The notes beneath the pieces are model-generated. The model was not told the origin of the DNA. It was given only the letters and a program-made list of their open reading frames with translations, and did not search any database. Of a DNA stretch of 64,000 nt, positions 9,755-19,610 are shown in pieces (the stretch's first letter is position 1; the number at the start of each line of letters is the position of its first letter). Source of the stretch: Lachnospiraceae bacterium (GTDB lineage Bacteria; Bacillota; Clostridia; Lachnospirales; Lachnospiraceae); contig JAZRYX010000027.1 in NCBI GenBank assembly GCA_045600945.1, forward strand, positions 1,730 to 65,729. Reading direction: 5' to 3'. Both the position numbers and the translations under genes were made by a program.

Positions 9755-11134
9755 CTATTTTGATAAATACTCGTCAATGCTTCTTGCGGCTGTTCTTCCT
9801 GCTTCCATAGCCAGAATAACCGTTGCGGCGCCGGTCGCGGCGTCACCTCCGCAGAATACTCCCTCTCGGCTCGTCTTACCGTTTTCATCGGTTTCTATGG
9901 TTCCGCGGCGGCCCGTGTTAAGGCCCTGAGTGGTACGTGCCAGCATCGGGTTCGGACTTGTTCCCAAAGCCATGATGACTGTATCACACTCTATCTCGTA
10001 TTCGCTTCCGGGAACTTCAACCGGTCTTCTTCTGCCTGATGCATCCGGCTCTCCGAGTTCCATTTTTATGACGCACATACCGCGTACCCATCCATTCTCA
10101 TCCTGAAGAATCTCAACCGGGTTTTGAAGAAGGTTAAATACTATTCCTTCTTCCTTTGCATGATGTACTTCCTCACGTCTGGCCGGAAGCTCTGCTTCAG
10201 ATCTTCTGTAAACAATATCTACATGTGCTCCGAGTCTTAAAGCAGTCCTTGCGGCATCCATTGCTACATTTCCGCCTCCCACCACGCAGACTTTCTTTCC
10301 GCGTCTTATCGGAGTATCATAATCATCTCTGAATGCTTTCATGAGATTGTTTCTTGACAGAAATTCATTTGCCGAGAATACTCCGTTTGCCGTCTCTCCC
10401 GGTATGCCCATGAACATCGGAAGTCCCGCTCCGGATGCGATATAAACCGCTTCGAATCCTTCATCTTCAAAAAGGCTGTCGAGTGACATAGTCTTTCCCA
10501 CAATGACATCTGTCTCAATCTCAACTCCGAGTTTCTTTACATTTTCAATCTCCGGCTTTACTACTTTATCCTTCGGAAGTCTGAACTCCGGTATGCCGTA
10601 CATGAGCACTCCGCCGGCTTCATGCAGAGCCTCGAATATCTTTACCTTATACCCTTTCTTTGCAAGATCTCCTGCACATGTAAGTCCTGAAGGACCTGCA
10701 CCGATGACTGCGACTTTCTTTTCCTTCTTTTCTGCTTTTATCTCCGGTACGTAGTCATGTTCTCTTGCCCAGTCTGCCACGAATCTTTCTATCTTTCCGA
10801 TTGAGATGGCCTCTCCCTTGATGCCGCGTATGCACACACCCTCGCACTGTGTTTCCTGTGGGCATACTCTTCCGCATACTGCGGGAAGCGTACTTGAAAG
10901 TGCAATGATATCAGCTGCCTTTTCAAAATCACGTTCTGTGACTGCATGAATAAATGCCGGAATATTGATTCCTACAGGGCATCCCTCTACGCATTTCGGA
11001 TTTTTACAGTTAAGACATCTGCCTGCCTCTGCTACTGCCTCTTCCTCACTGTATCCGTAACAAACTTCATCAAAATTTGTTGCTCTTACCTTCGGATCCT
11101 GTTCTCTCACAGGTACTTTCTTCATAACATCCAT
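9755..11134 (-). CDS. nfnB: NADH-dependent reduced ferredoxin:NADP+ oxidoreductase subunit B (GltD/SudA-like)
   Basis: Two N-terminal 4Fe-4S motifs (CLNCKNPKCVEGCP..., CGRVCPQETQCEGVC), then VAVIGAGPSGLTCA and VCVVGGGNVAMDAA dinucleotide folds. The ATG at 11134 overlaps the nfnA stop (TGATG) and has GGAGGTGA upstream. Confidence 0.85.
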   Translation of the reverse strand: MDVMKKVPVREQDPKVRATNFDEVCYGYSEEEAVAEAGRCLNCKNPKCVEGCPVGINIPAFIHAVTERDFEKAADIIALSSTLPAVCGRVCPQETQCEGVCIRGIKGEAISIGKIERFVADWAREHDYVPEIKAEKKEKKVAVIGAGPSGLTCAGDLAKKGYKVKIFEALHEAGGVLMYGIPEFRLPKDKVVKPEIENVKKLGVEIETDVIVGKTMSLDSLFEDEGFEAVYIASGAGLPMFMGIPGETANGVFSANEFLSRNNLMKAFRDDYDTPIRRGKKVCVVGGGNVAMDAARTALRLGAHVDIVYRRSEAELPARREEVHHAKEEGIVFNLLQNPVEILQDENGWVRGMCVIKMELGEPDASGRRRPVEVPGSEYEIECDTVIMALGTSPNPMLARTTQGLNTGRRGTIETDENGKTSREGVFCGGDAATGAATVILAMEAGRTAARSIDEYLSK

Positions 11135-12027
11135 CACCTGTCACCTCCGCAGTTTCCGCATCCGCCGTGGTGTGAATCACCCTCGGTCAGTTTCAGCATG
11201 GCTCGTCCTTCTTCTGTCTTATATTGCTGCTGACGTTTCATCGCAGCATCAAAATCAACTTTGTGTCCGTCAAATTCCGGCCCGTCAACGCAGGCAAACT
11301 TAACTTCCCCGTCAACTATCAATCTGCACGCTCCGCACATTCCGGTTCCGTCTACCATTATCGGATTCATGGAAACAACTGTCGGTATGTCATACTTTTT
11401 AGTAGTAAGGCAGGTAAACTTCATCATGATCATGGGGCCTATTGCTACGCAGAGATCATATTTCTTTCCCTGATTCACCACCAGTTCATCAATAACCGCC
11501 GTTACAGGTCCCTTCATTCCGTATGATGCATCATCCGTGCAGACATACAGATGGTCACCGGCTATATTTCTCATTTCATCTTCGAGTATCAAAAGATCTT
11601 TGGTTCTCGATCCGATGATGACGTCTGCGCTTATTCCTTTTTCCTTAAGCCACTTAACCTGAGGATACACCGGAGCTGTTCCTACACCGCCTGCCACGAA
11701 AAGTATGGTTTTCTTTTTCAGTTCTTCTGTATCTTCAGAGATGAGATCGCTTGGTTTTCCCAAAGGTCCCACAAAGTCTGCAAAGCCCTCTCCGGCTTTG
11801 AGATCTTTCATCCTTGTCGTAGAAGCTCCGACTTCCTGAAATACTATTGTTACGGTACCTTCTTCGCGATCGTAGTCACAAATTGTGAGCGGAACTCTCT
11901 CACCCTGCTCATCTATCCTTACGATAATGAACTCACCGGGTTCGCATACTTTTGCAACTCTGGGTGCTTTTATTTTCATCATCCAGATTTTGTCTGCGAG
12001 TTTTTCTTTCTTCAAAATCTCAAACAT
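11134..12027 (-). CDS. nfnA: NfnA / sulfide-dehydrogenase SudB-like FAD/NAD-binding subunit with a C-terminal 2Fe-2S site
   Basis: FNR-like fold (ILFVAGGVGTAP) plus GTGMCGACRLIVDGEVKFACVDGPEF. The ATG at 12027 overlaps the upstream stop (TGATG). Confidence 0.85.
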   Translation of the reverse strand: MFEILKKEKLADKIWMMKIKAPRVAKVCEPGEFIIVRIDEQGERVPLTICDYDREEGTVTIVFQEVGASTTRMKDLKAGEGFADFVGPLGKPSDLISEDTEELKKKTILFVAGGVGTAPVYPQVKWLKEKGISADVIIGSRTKDLLILEDEMRNIAGDHLYVCTDDASYGMKGPVTAVIDELVVNQGKKYDLCVAIGPMIMMKFTCLTTKKYDIPTVVSMNPIMVDGTGMCGACRLIVDGEVKFACVDGPEFDGHKVDFDAAMKRQQQYKTEEGRAMLKLTEGDSHHGGCGNCGGDR

Positions 12028-12782
12028 CACTCTACCCCTCTTGTAAAATGCCCTCTTGTAAAATCACCACACGGATCATCGACTTTAATACCTTTAATCG
12101 CCGATGCGAATGTATTAATTATCTTTTGTGTTTCACCCTCGTTCTCAATCGTTAAATTTATTCTTATCGACTGCGGATTTAATTTCTTTACTCTGTCGAA
12201 TACCCCTGCAAGACTCAGCGGATCCGGATTATAGATCAGGTTATAGCAGTATGCACATCTGTTTTCAACCGGTAGATTTTTACCGGTTCTGTCCGTGATC
12301 CGGATGATTGTCGGAGTCCTGTCACATTGGCCCGTGTTTCTGTGAATGCACTGTGCGCTTACCATCATCGGTATGTGTCCGTATACGATGAGTTCTTTGT
12401 CTTCGCATCCGAGTTCATACAGTTCATGTTGATTAAGTTCAACAGGCGCTGTGATTCTTTTGATTCCCGACTCTTTCAGCACATCCGCAGCAACCGCATT
12501 CATGCAGTAAAGTCCGTAGTCACTGACAAGCTCATGAGTTTTATATCTCTCCAACTCATCAACAGATCTTACATAAACTTCATCATATCCGTCTACATCG
12601 ATTTCGCCTGTATCTCTCAAAACATACGGAAGTGCAATCGCTGATTTTTTCTCAGCTTTATGACATGCATCAATCACAGACTTATCAAACCTGTCTGCTT
12701 CGACGATTATCTCATCTGTTGCATCATTTGATAATGCTGTCTTAAATTGTGCTTCATTATTGCAAAGTACGTTCAGATTCAT
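12027..12782 (-). CDS. U32-family (peptidase U32-like, probable Fe-S hydroxylase family) protein, short paralogue
   Basis: 251 aa with the Cys cluster SAQCIHRNTGQCDRT...ENRCAYCYN. It overlaps the upstream U32 gene by 26 nt. Confidence 0.6.
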   Translation of the reverse strand: MNLNVLCNNEAQFKTALSNDATDEIIVEADRFDKSVIDACHKAEKKSAIALPYVLRDTGEIDVDGYDEVYVRSVDELERYKTHELVSDYGLYCMNAVAADVLKESGIKRITAPVELNQHELYELGCEDKELIVYGHIPMMVSAQCIHRNTGQCDRTPTIIRITDRTGKNLPVENRCAYCYNLIYNPDPLSLAGVFDRVKKLNPQSIRINLTIENEGETQKIINTFASAIKGIKVDDPCGDFTRGHFTRGVE

Positions 12783-14052
12783 TATCTATCTCTTTCTGCA
12801 ATGCCGTAAGTGTCTCTCTTCTTAATTCGTTGAGTGAACTTAACGGAATAAAACTTTCCGCGTCCGTATCAACCGTAAGATTATCCCACTCAAAGCATGT
12901 TCCGCCTGTTTTCTCAAGCTGTTTTCTTATATCTTCCTGAGTCAGCGCCCGATTTCTTGCCTTATCCGGTTTTTCCTGTTTTACGGTGCATGGTTTATGT
13001 CCCTGTGTGCTTACCGTAAGTTCGACTTCACGACCCTGTACTATCACTGCATGACCGTTAATGAAAATCTTTTTTACAGTGTTTACGTATTTATCGTCAA
13101 GATATGCATACAGGTCTTCATTTTTTCCGAAACGGTCTTTCCGGTCCTCCCATGCCATCATGTCCCGACCGTTGTGTTCAAAATAATACCCTTCCGTAGA
13201 ACCTCCTCTGTCATAAAGATCTGACAGCATCTTCTTGTCTTCAGGGTCTACTTTATATCCTGATTCACCTTTACTTTCATAAAGGTCTATATATTTTCTC
13301 CAAATCTGTGTAACGCCTGCGGTATACCTCGGAGACTTCATACGTCCCTCGATCTTAAATGAATCTATCCCTGCCTGCGCAAGTTTCGGAAGTATGTCGA
13401 TTGAGCATAAATCTTTTAAGCTGAGCAGTGTCCCTGTCTTTGGTCCGCCGTCTGCATCGTATTCAAGTCTGCAGGGTTGTGCGCATCTTCCTCTGTTTCC
13501 GGATCTGCCACCGATGAGTGAACTCATGAGGCACTGTCCGGAATAGCAGTAGCACAGCGCACCGTGAACAAATGTCTCGACTTCTATCTGCGCCTTATCT
13601 TTTATATTTTTAATCTCTGCAAGTGAAAGTTCTCTTGCTGGTACGACTCGCGTAATTCCGAGCCGTTTAAGATACAGCGCCGAGTCAGCATTTGCCACCG
13701 TCATCTGAGTACTTGCATGTACCGGAAGATCCGGATAACTGTCTCTGAGCACTTTAAGTGCTCCAATATCCTGAACCAGTATCGCATCTACTCCTGCGCA
13801 GTAATACGGCTTTATGTATTCTTTTAATTCTTTAATTTCTCCGGGTTTAAACAGGGTATTGACCGTCATATAAACCTTGCTGCCATATCTGTGTGCATAT
13901 TTGATTCCGTCTATGAACCGGTCTGTTTCGGGATTATCTGCATATGCTCTTGCACCGAATCTCGTTCCGCCCATATATACGGCATCTGCGCCGGCATTTA
14001 CGGCTGCAACCAGGCTCTCGTATGATCCTGCCGGAGCCAAAAGCTCTATCAT
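12757..14052 (-). CDS. U32 family protein (collagenase-like peptidase U32; family of RlhA/TrhP/UbiU-type O2-independent hydroxylases)
   Basis: [29 protein letters not shown]... is the canonical U32 N-terminus. The Cys motif [15 protein letters not shown]...RGRCAQPCR is present. Confidence 0.85.
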   Translation of the reverse strand: MIELLAPAGSYESLVAAVNAGADAVYMGGTRFGARAYADNPETDRFIDGIKYAHRYGSKVYMTVNTLFKPGEIKELKEYIKPYYCAGVDAILVQDIGALKVLRDSYPDLPVHASTQMTVANADSALYLKRLGITRVVPARELSLAEIKNIKDKAQIEVETFVHGALCYCYSGQCLMSSLIGGRSGNRGRCAQPCRLEYDADGGPKTGTLLSLKDLCSIDILPKLAQAGIDSFKIEGRMKSPRYTAGVTQIWRKYIDLYESKGESGYKVDPEDKKMLSDLYDRGGSTEGYYFEHNGRDMMAWEDRKDRFGKNEDLYAYLDDKYVNTVKKIFINGHAVIVQGREVELTVSTQGHKPCTVKQEKPDKARNRALTQEDIRKQLEKTGGTCFEWDNLTVDTDAESFIPLSSLNELRRETLTALQKEIDNESERTLQ

Positions 14053-15059
14053 AGATTCATTTTCTCCTGATATGTTAATCCAAGATGTTTATATGCATTA
14101 TCTGTCGCCACTCTTCCCCGGGGTGTCCTGTTGATGAGGCCGTTCATGAGCAGATATGGTTCATAGACATCTTCGAGTGTTCCCGCATCTTCGGAAAGTG
14201 CTGCGGCCAGTGTGTCGATTCCTACAGGTCCGCCGTTAAACTTCGTGATGATCATGTCCAGATAGTTTCTGTCATTCTGATCAAGCCCGAGCTTATCTAC
14301 ATCCAGTACGTCCAGTGCATAGTCTGCAACTTCTTTCGTGATGACTCCGTCGTATTTAACCTGCGCAAAATCACGAACTCGCTTTAATAATCTGTTTGCA
14401 AGTCTCGGTGTGCCGCGGCTTCTTCTTGCGATTTCGGCCGCACCCGATGCATCAAGCTGTACCTCAAATACTTCTGCGGAACGATTGATGATTTTTTCAA
14501 GTTCCTTCGGTGAGTAGAACTCAAGTTTCTGAACCACTCCGAACCGGTCTCTTAAAGGTGCCGACAAAAGTCCTGCTCTTGTCGTTGCTCCTACGAGGGT
14601 GAACTTCGGAAGCTCCATGTGAATGCTTCTTGCACCTGCTTCTTTGCCGATAAGTATATCTACTGCGAAATCCTCCATGGCCGGATACAGTACTTCTTCA
14701 ACCTGACGGTTGAGTCTGTGTATCTCGTCGATGAAAAGCACATCGCCTTCATTGAGCTTAGTGAGTATCGAAGCCATGTCGCCGGGTTTATCGATTGCGG
14801 GTCCGGATGTGACTTTGATTTTTACTCCCATCTCATTTGCAATGATTCCGGCAAGTGTTGTCTTACCCAGTCCCGGAGGTCCGTAGAATAAGACATGGTC
14901 AAGATTCTCGCCTCTTTTTTTAGCGGCATCGATATATATCTTGAGGTTCTCCTTTATCCTTTCCTGTCCGATGTAATCGGAAAGCTGCTGCGGACGCAGG
15001 TTCACATCGTTTGCACGATCTTCACTTGTTACATCTGTTGTTATTATCGTTCTTCCCAT
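14049..15059 (-). CDS. ruvB: Holliday junction branch migration DNA helicase RuvB
   Basis: [19 protein letters not shown]...[14 protein letters not shown]...LFIDEIHRL; 336 aa. Confidence 0.97.
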   Translation of the reverse strand: MGRTIITTDVTSEDRANDVNLRPQQLSDYIGQERIKENLKIYIDAAKKRGENLDHVLFYGPPGLGKTTLAGIIANEMGVKIKVTSGPAIDKPGDMASILTKLNEGDVLFIDEIHRLNRQVEEVLYPAMEDFAVDILIGKEAGARSIHMELPKFTLVGATTRAGLLSAPLRDRFGVVQKLEFYSPKELEKIINRSAEVFEVQLDASGAAEIARRSRGTPRLANRLLKRVRDFAQVKYDGVITKEVADYALDVLDVDKLGLDQNDRNYLDMIITKFNGGPVGIDTLAAALSEDAGTLEDVYEPYLLMNGLINRTPRGRVATDNAYKHLGLTYQEKMNL

Positions 15060-15646
15060 TACAGACTCCTCAAAGCTTCTTTAAGCATACTTTCCGCATC
15101 CATTCCTTCCGCGGCTATTGCTCTGACCGCGCGTGTTGCCTCTGATCTTGCATAACCGAGATTTACCAGCGCCTCGATTACTTCTGCTGTTTCCGAATTA
15201 ATCGGTGCGGTTTTTCCGCTCGGGATGGCGCCTATGATTTCGTCAGCATTTACCTTATCCTTTAAATCAACTATGACTCTCTGTGCGGTCTTGACTCCTA
15301 TTCCCGGTGCAGTGGAGATCATCTTGTCATCACCGGTGAGTATAGCCATCCTGAGTTCGTCGGGATTCATCGCAGACAGAATCGACAGTGCGCCTTTAGG
15401 GCCTATGCCGCTGACTCCGATGAGCTGTTCAAACATGGCCAGATCCCTTCTGGAATTGAAGCCGTAGAGACTCATAGCATCTTCGCTCACACGGAAATAA
15501 GTGTAGATTTTCACTTCTTCTCCTATGCACGGAAGCTGCTCCATGACCGATGCGGGAACATTGATTTCTATGCCGAGTCCTCCGGATTCGACAACAATCT
15601 TTCCTTCAAGTATTTCGGATAATTCACCCTTAACAAATGATATCAT
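15059..15646 (-). CDS. ruvA: Holliday junction DNA-binding protein RuvA
   Basis: MISFVKGEL...GIEINVP...LYGF...[17 protein letters not shown]...; 195 aa. Its stop overlaps the ruvB start (TAATG). Confidence 0.95.
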   Translation of the reverse strand: MISFVKGELSEILEGKIVVESGGLGIEINVPASVMEQLPCIGEEVKIYTYFRVSEDAMSLYGFNSRRDLAMFEQLIGVSGIGPKGALSILSAMNPDELRMAILTGDDKMISTAPGIGVKTAQRVIVDLKDKVNADEIIGAIPSGKTAPINSETAEVIEALVNLGYARSEATRAVRAIAAEGMDAESMLKEALRSL

Positions 15647-15786
15647 TGTATTTCACCTCATTTGAATGTAATTATACCATAACGCGACGAGCGGGGCGCA
15701 TATTTATATGCATTTGGCGGCCGCAAGTGATTATAATTATCAGAATTGCAATGCCATAATTGGCCGTTTCGATATATAATAAAACT

Positions 15787-16449
15787 ATGAACAAAGCGTT
15801 ATTTATCAATATTACTGCGACAGGTACATCGCCGATGTACTCGCAGATTACATCACTTACCACCGTGGAATTTAGCGGGGGTTCTTTTAAACGCACTGAT
15901 ATTGCCATCGACGGTCTGGAAAGTGAACGCAAAGCCCTCACCGAACTTTGTATCCTGACGCGTAAGGCTGACCTGATTCTGTACATTAATCATGCCGTGC
16001 TTAAATATATCGCCGACTGCTGCAGACAGTACTGTCTTGATTTTCATCCCAAGGACAGCGACGAACTTTACAATCACATGGATGAACTGGGAATCGACCT
16101 TGATAAGGCGCGATCCGGGATCCCCACAGTTCGCGGGGAGTTTAAGCATTTCTATAAAGATTATAAAAATTATTATTATCTCCCGGCTGAGGATGTAGCC
16201 TATCATAAGTCGGTCAGCGAGTTTGTTGATAAATCAGCGCGTAAGCAGGCTACGGCACGTACAGCATATATAAAAAAGACAGGTCTTTTTGCACCTGTCT
16301 TTGATAAGTCTTTATTTAATCCCGATTTTCTGTTTCGTCCGAGTTATGAATGCAAACAGGAATATCTTCCTTTTGAGCTTCTCGATCTTTCGGACAACCG
16401 GATTCTATGCTCTTATATTTTCCGCCCTCGTAACGATAAGGATGTTTAA
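15787..16449 (+). CDS. Hypothetical protein, possibly a degenerate RNase H-like/DEDD-exonuclease fold
   Basis: MNKALFINITATGTS... resembles the FDIETTG exonuclease motif I, but with D->N and E->T. The start is taken at the first ATG (15787); the track start at 15760 is a TTG. The 3' end overlaps the convergent gene by 134 nt. Confidence 0.45.
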   Translation: MNKALFINITATGTSPMYSQITSLTTVEFSGGSFKRTDIAIDGLESERKALTELCILTRKADLILYINHAVLKYIADCCRQYCLDFHPKDSDELYNHMDELGIDLDKARSGIPTVRGEFKHFYKDYKNYYYLPAEDVAYHKSVSEFVDKSARKQATARTAYIKKTGLFAPVFDKSLFNPDFLFRPSYECKQEYLPFELLDLSDNRILCSYIFRPRNDKDV

Positions 16450-17014
16450 GGAGCCAGCGCATATATGCGAGGGCTTTTTCTTCGCCCTGATTTGCCATGA
16501 GTTTCAGTACATCCTCAAGCAGCATCCTTGTATCCTCATGAAGATTCCGTGACACTATATCTGATTTGATATTATAATAATCCCATGGATCACGTGATGT
16601 ATATCTGTCCTTGTGATAAACCTTGCAGGCTGCTATTCTGTCACATGCCATCTCAAGTGCATATCTTAAAGGCATCTTTGCACCGCCTACTACAACCCCT
16701 TTTATGTTACCTCCGTACTGAAGATCCATCCAATACTCGAAGTGATGTTTGTTGCGTCCTTTATGATGCAGCCATGCTTCGCTGTATCCTTTTTCCTTTT
16801 TTTCTTCTGCATTGGGGCTGTGATCACCGCAGTAATACCTGACTCCGGTAATAAACTCAACCGGCTCATACTTTGACAGATCATGTAACAGGCCCTGCTT
16901 CGTAAGACCTATTTTAAAGCAGAGATCCATGACTATCATCTTATGTTCGGTGATCGTCTTCATATGACCCCATGCTTTTTCGAGTGTAATTGTTCTGTTA
17001 TCTCTATTTTCCAT
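16316..17014 (-). CDS. Conserved hypothetical protein with an HD-like motif (DUF5662-like by memory)
   Basis: ...GLLHDLSKYEPVEF...AWLHHKGRNKHHFEYW.... The start is placed at MENRDNRT (ATG 17014), which overlaps the upstream methyltransferase stop (ATGGAAAATAG). Confidence 0.55.
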   Translation of the reverse strand: MENRDNRTITLEKAWGHMKTITEHKMIVMDLCFKIGLTKQGLLHDLSKYEPVEFITGVRYYCGDHSPNAEEKKEKGYSEAWLHHKGRNKHHFEYWMDLQYGGNIKGVVVGGAKMPLRYALEMACDRIAACKVYHKDRYTSRDPWDYYNIKSDIVSRNLHEDTRMLLEDVLKLMANQGEEKALAYMRWLLKHPYRYEGGKYKSIESGCPKDREAQKEDIPVCIHNSDETENRD

Positions 17015-17747
17015 TTTCCTGTAATACCACCAATAGCCTTGCTGTATCACCTTCGGGATCTGTTTGTGTATCTGCGTCCCATGCACCGACCCATTTCAGT
17101 CCGGCAGACTCTGCACAGCATTTTATCTCATCGACACTGTATGCTCTCTGAGTATGTATCTCTTCTGATTTCTTAAACAGTTTGCCTTCTTTTATGAACA
17201 TCGTCAGATTATATTCGTTGAGTTTGGTTTTACTGTCGTAATAATTCTCCCAGATATATGTTGCGTCATCATTCGATCTTGAAAATGTATTGTCCGCCAG
17301 AATGTTTTCGTACATGAACTCTGTCTTAAGATCAAAGATGAAAAGTCCTTTCGGATCAAGGTAATTATTGACCAGTTTAAATACTTTAGTCATATCCTCT
17401 GGCTCAGTTATATAATTCAGACTGTCGCATCTTGAGACGATGGCAGCGCATGTGCCGTACAGTTCAAACTCCCTCATATCCTGATTAAGATACAGTATGT
17501 CATGTCCGCTCTCATCACGTTTTCCGAGCGCTTCCATAAGCATCTCACCGGAACTGTCGATGCCTATCATATCGTATCCTCTTGCCGCAAGCATTTCAGT
17601 AAGCACACCCGTACCGCATCCGAGATCTGCAACTATACCTGAAGAAATCCCGTACGTACGGAGTATGGCAGTTATCTGCTCACACCACGCATCGTACGGG
17701 ACATTATCCATAAATCCGTCATAGATTTTTGCAAAATCGTTATACAT
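17004..17747 (-). CDS. Class I SAM-dependent methyltransferase
   Basis: Motif I VADLGCGTGVLTEMLA, followed by GIDSSGEMLMEA; 247 aa. Confidence 0.85.
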   Translation of the reverse strand: MYNDFAKIYDGFMDNVPYDAWCEQITAILRTYGISSGIVADLGCGTGVLTEMLAARGYDMIGIDSSGEMLMEALGKRDESGHDILYLNQDMREFELYGTCAAIVSRCDSLNYITEPEDMTKVFKLVNNYLDPKGLFIFDLKTEFMYENILADNTFSRSNDDATYIWENYYDSKTKLNEYNLTMFIKEGKLFKKSEEIHTQRAYSVDEIKCCAESAGLKWVGAWDADTQTDPEGDTARLLVVLQENGK

Positions 17748-17752
17748 TGAAA

Positions 17753-18259
17753 TCAGGCATTCTTTCCGCAGCAGAATTTATATTTCTTTCCCGACCCGCA
17801 TGGACACGGATCGTTACGTCCGACTTTCTTATCCTTTACTACGGTCCCGCTCATCCTCTGCTCACGTGCCATCTCTTTACGCTGTTCCTGGGTAAAATAC
17901 TTATCCCACTGAGAAAGATTGTAAAGCCAATCAGCCTTTGCAGCTACCATGTTCTTATAAAGCTTCTCAAGATCGATATCAAGAGTAACCTTTGTGGATT
18001 CTTTCATCTTCTCGATAGGATTGGCCTTTTTCAAACTGTCATTGATTCCATCCAGAAATCCGGTCATAGTTTCAATGTCGGTATCCCACTTTTCAGCGAG
18101 TTCCTTTACCGTACCCGAAACAACCTTTGAGGAATCCTCAAGAAGCTCTTCATAGATGCTCTGCTCTTTTGCAAAATAATCCTTCCAGAGTTTTGCTCTC
18201 TCCTTAACCGCAAGAGCCTCCCCGTATGCTTTATCTCTCCATGTCTCCAGTAGTGTCAT
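17753..18259 (-). CDS. SEC-C metal-binding motif protein
   Basis: The C-terminus [22 protein letters not shown] is the SEC-C zinc motif. Confidence 0.8.
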   Translation of the reverse strand: MTLLETWRDKAYGEALAVKERAKLWKDYFAKEQSIYEELLEDSSKVVSGTVKELAEKWDTDIETMTGFLDGINDSLKKANPIEKMKESTKVTLDIDLEKLYKNMVAAKADWLYNLSQWDKYFTQEQRKEMAREQRMSGTVVKDKKVGRNDPCPCGSGKKYKFCCGKNA

Positions 18260-19346
18260 TGTTTATGTACTCCTTTGTATCTTCGTCAATCTTTTTAAGA
18301 TCGCTGTAATCTGCCGAGTGTGTAGATAAATCTTTCTTTTCAAGATTTTTGTATATTATTCTTTTTATGATTCTATGTATTACCGCAAATGTAGGAACCG
18401 CGATTATCATTCCCACAAATCCGAACAGTCCGCCGAACAAAAGTATAGAGAACAATACCCAGAAACTGCCTACACCTGTCTGCTGCCCGAGTATCTTTGG
18501 TCCGATGATATTTCCGTCCAACTGCTGAACAACAAGGATAATGATACAGAATTCGAGACATTTAATAGGTGAAACGGCCAAAAGCAATACAGCGCAAGGT
18601 ATGGCACCTATGAATGGTCCGAAGAACGGGATGATATTGGTAACACCCACGATAATCGAAATAAGCGGCGCGTACGGTATACCGAACAGACTGACCACAA
18701 TAAAAGTCAAAAGTCCGATAATAATCGAATCAATAATCTTTCCTACCAGGAACTTACTGAAGACATCACAGGTATATCTGCAATCATCAAGAAGGATATT
18801 GGCCTTGTCTATCGGCAGTAAACCGTAGGCCATCTTTTTGGCTCTGGCCTTTGTAATATCCTTCATATTGAGGAAGTATATCATGACAATAAATCCGATA
18901 ATGACATTCTTAAATGTCAATATGACAGACCATACTCCCGAAGTTATGCTGGCAACATAACTGTTCAGATTCGGAAGCATCTCACCTGCCACCCACTTGA
19001 CTACGGAATCACCTACGTTCGAATAGTGAGTCTCGATGGTCTCCGCAAGTCCCGGATAACTTTCAAACAGTCCCTTTACTATATCGTCCAGTGCATTGAT
19101 ATAACTCGGGAACTGAGAAAGTATCATAGACACACTGTCTATGAATTGAGGAACAATGAGCAGAAGCAGAAGTGCCATCGCCACGATTATGATCAAAAGA
19201 CATATAATTGAGCAGACTGCCTTTGGAAGCTTTTTTTCCAGCTTCCGATAAATAGGTAAAACAAGAAAAGCAAATGCCAGTCCGTAAGCAAACGGAGCAA
19301 GTGCCTCGCCCAAAGTATTAAAAAAGCCTCTGATCGCCTCAAACAT
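18231..19346 (-). CDS. AI-2E family transporter (PerM/YhhT-like permease)
   Basis: 371-aa polytopic membrane protein. The segment [28 protein letters not shown] is typical of the AI-2E/UPF0118 family. Confidence 0.8.
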   Translation of the reverse strand: MFEAIRGFFNTLGEALAPFAYGLAFAFLVLPIYRKLEKKLPKAVCSIICLLIIIVAMALLLLLIVPQFIDSVSMILSQFPSYINALDDIVKGLFESYPGLAETIETHYSNVGDSVVKWVAGEMLPNLNSYVASITSGVWSVILTFKNVIIGFIVMIYFLNMKDITKARAKKMAYGLLPIDKANILLDDCRYTCDVFSKFLVGKIIDSIIIGLLTFIVVSLFGIPYAPLISIIVGVTNIIPFFGPFIGAIPCAVLLLAVSPIKCLEFCIIILVVQQLDGNIIGPKILGQQTGVGSFWVLFSILLFGGLFGFVGMIIAVPTFAVIHRIIKRIIYKNLEKKDLSTHSADYSDLKKIDEDTKEYINNDTTGDMER

Positions 19347-19555
19347 CTTTTATCCTCTGAAAGCCCAAGGTGCCGTTCCCTGTCGATTTGACGCCCTAAC
19401 TCTCGTCAGGTGGGTATCCGCAGCTGCACATCTGACTACCAATATTATATTAAGAGGCTTGTCATCCTTGCATATCATATGAGATCCCTTATATCAAAAT
19501 GTAGGTTCAAATTATAACAGGGGTGTCGAACATCCCAGGTAGTTATATTTTAGCA

Positions 19556-19585
19556 TATAAAAATCAGGGTGCATAGTGCACCCTG
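19556..19585 (-). terminator. Rho-independent terminator of pckA
   Basis: The minus strand has CAGGGTGCA-cta-TGCACCCTG (9-bp perfect stem) followed by ATTTTTAT, 25 nt after the pckA stop. Confidence 0.85.
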
Positions 19586-19610
19586 ACAAAATCTTTTTAT
19601 TAATATTCAA

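Noticed and set aside
11551-12234. A 227-aa plus-strand ORF. Similar long antisense ORFs lie at 4504-5139, 27957-28661, 44290-44853, 55439-55963 and 59271-59891.
   Set aside because: Each lies entirely inside, and antisense to, a gene with clear family motifs. None has an SD or recognisable domains, and their composition is Cys/Phe/Leu-rich, typical of antisense frames.
15672-15986. A 104-aa minus-strand ORF upstream of ruvA.
   Set aside because: It has no SD, has an Arg/Ser-rich low-information sequence, and overlaps the better-supported plus-strand ORF and the ruvA promoter region.
19347-19470. Assignment of the AI-2E transporter leader to a known riboswitch class (ZTP, ydaO/c-di-AMP, ykkC/guanidine, glycine, fluoride, yybP).
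   Set aside because: I could not find the conserved core sequences of any of these classes by eye. It is kept only as an unclassified structured leader in the findings.
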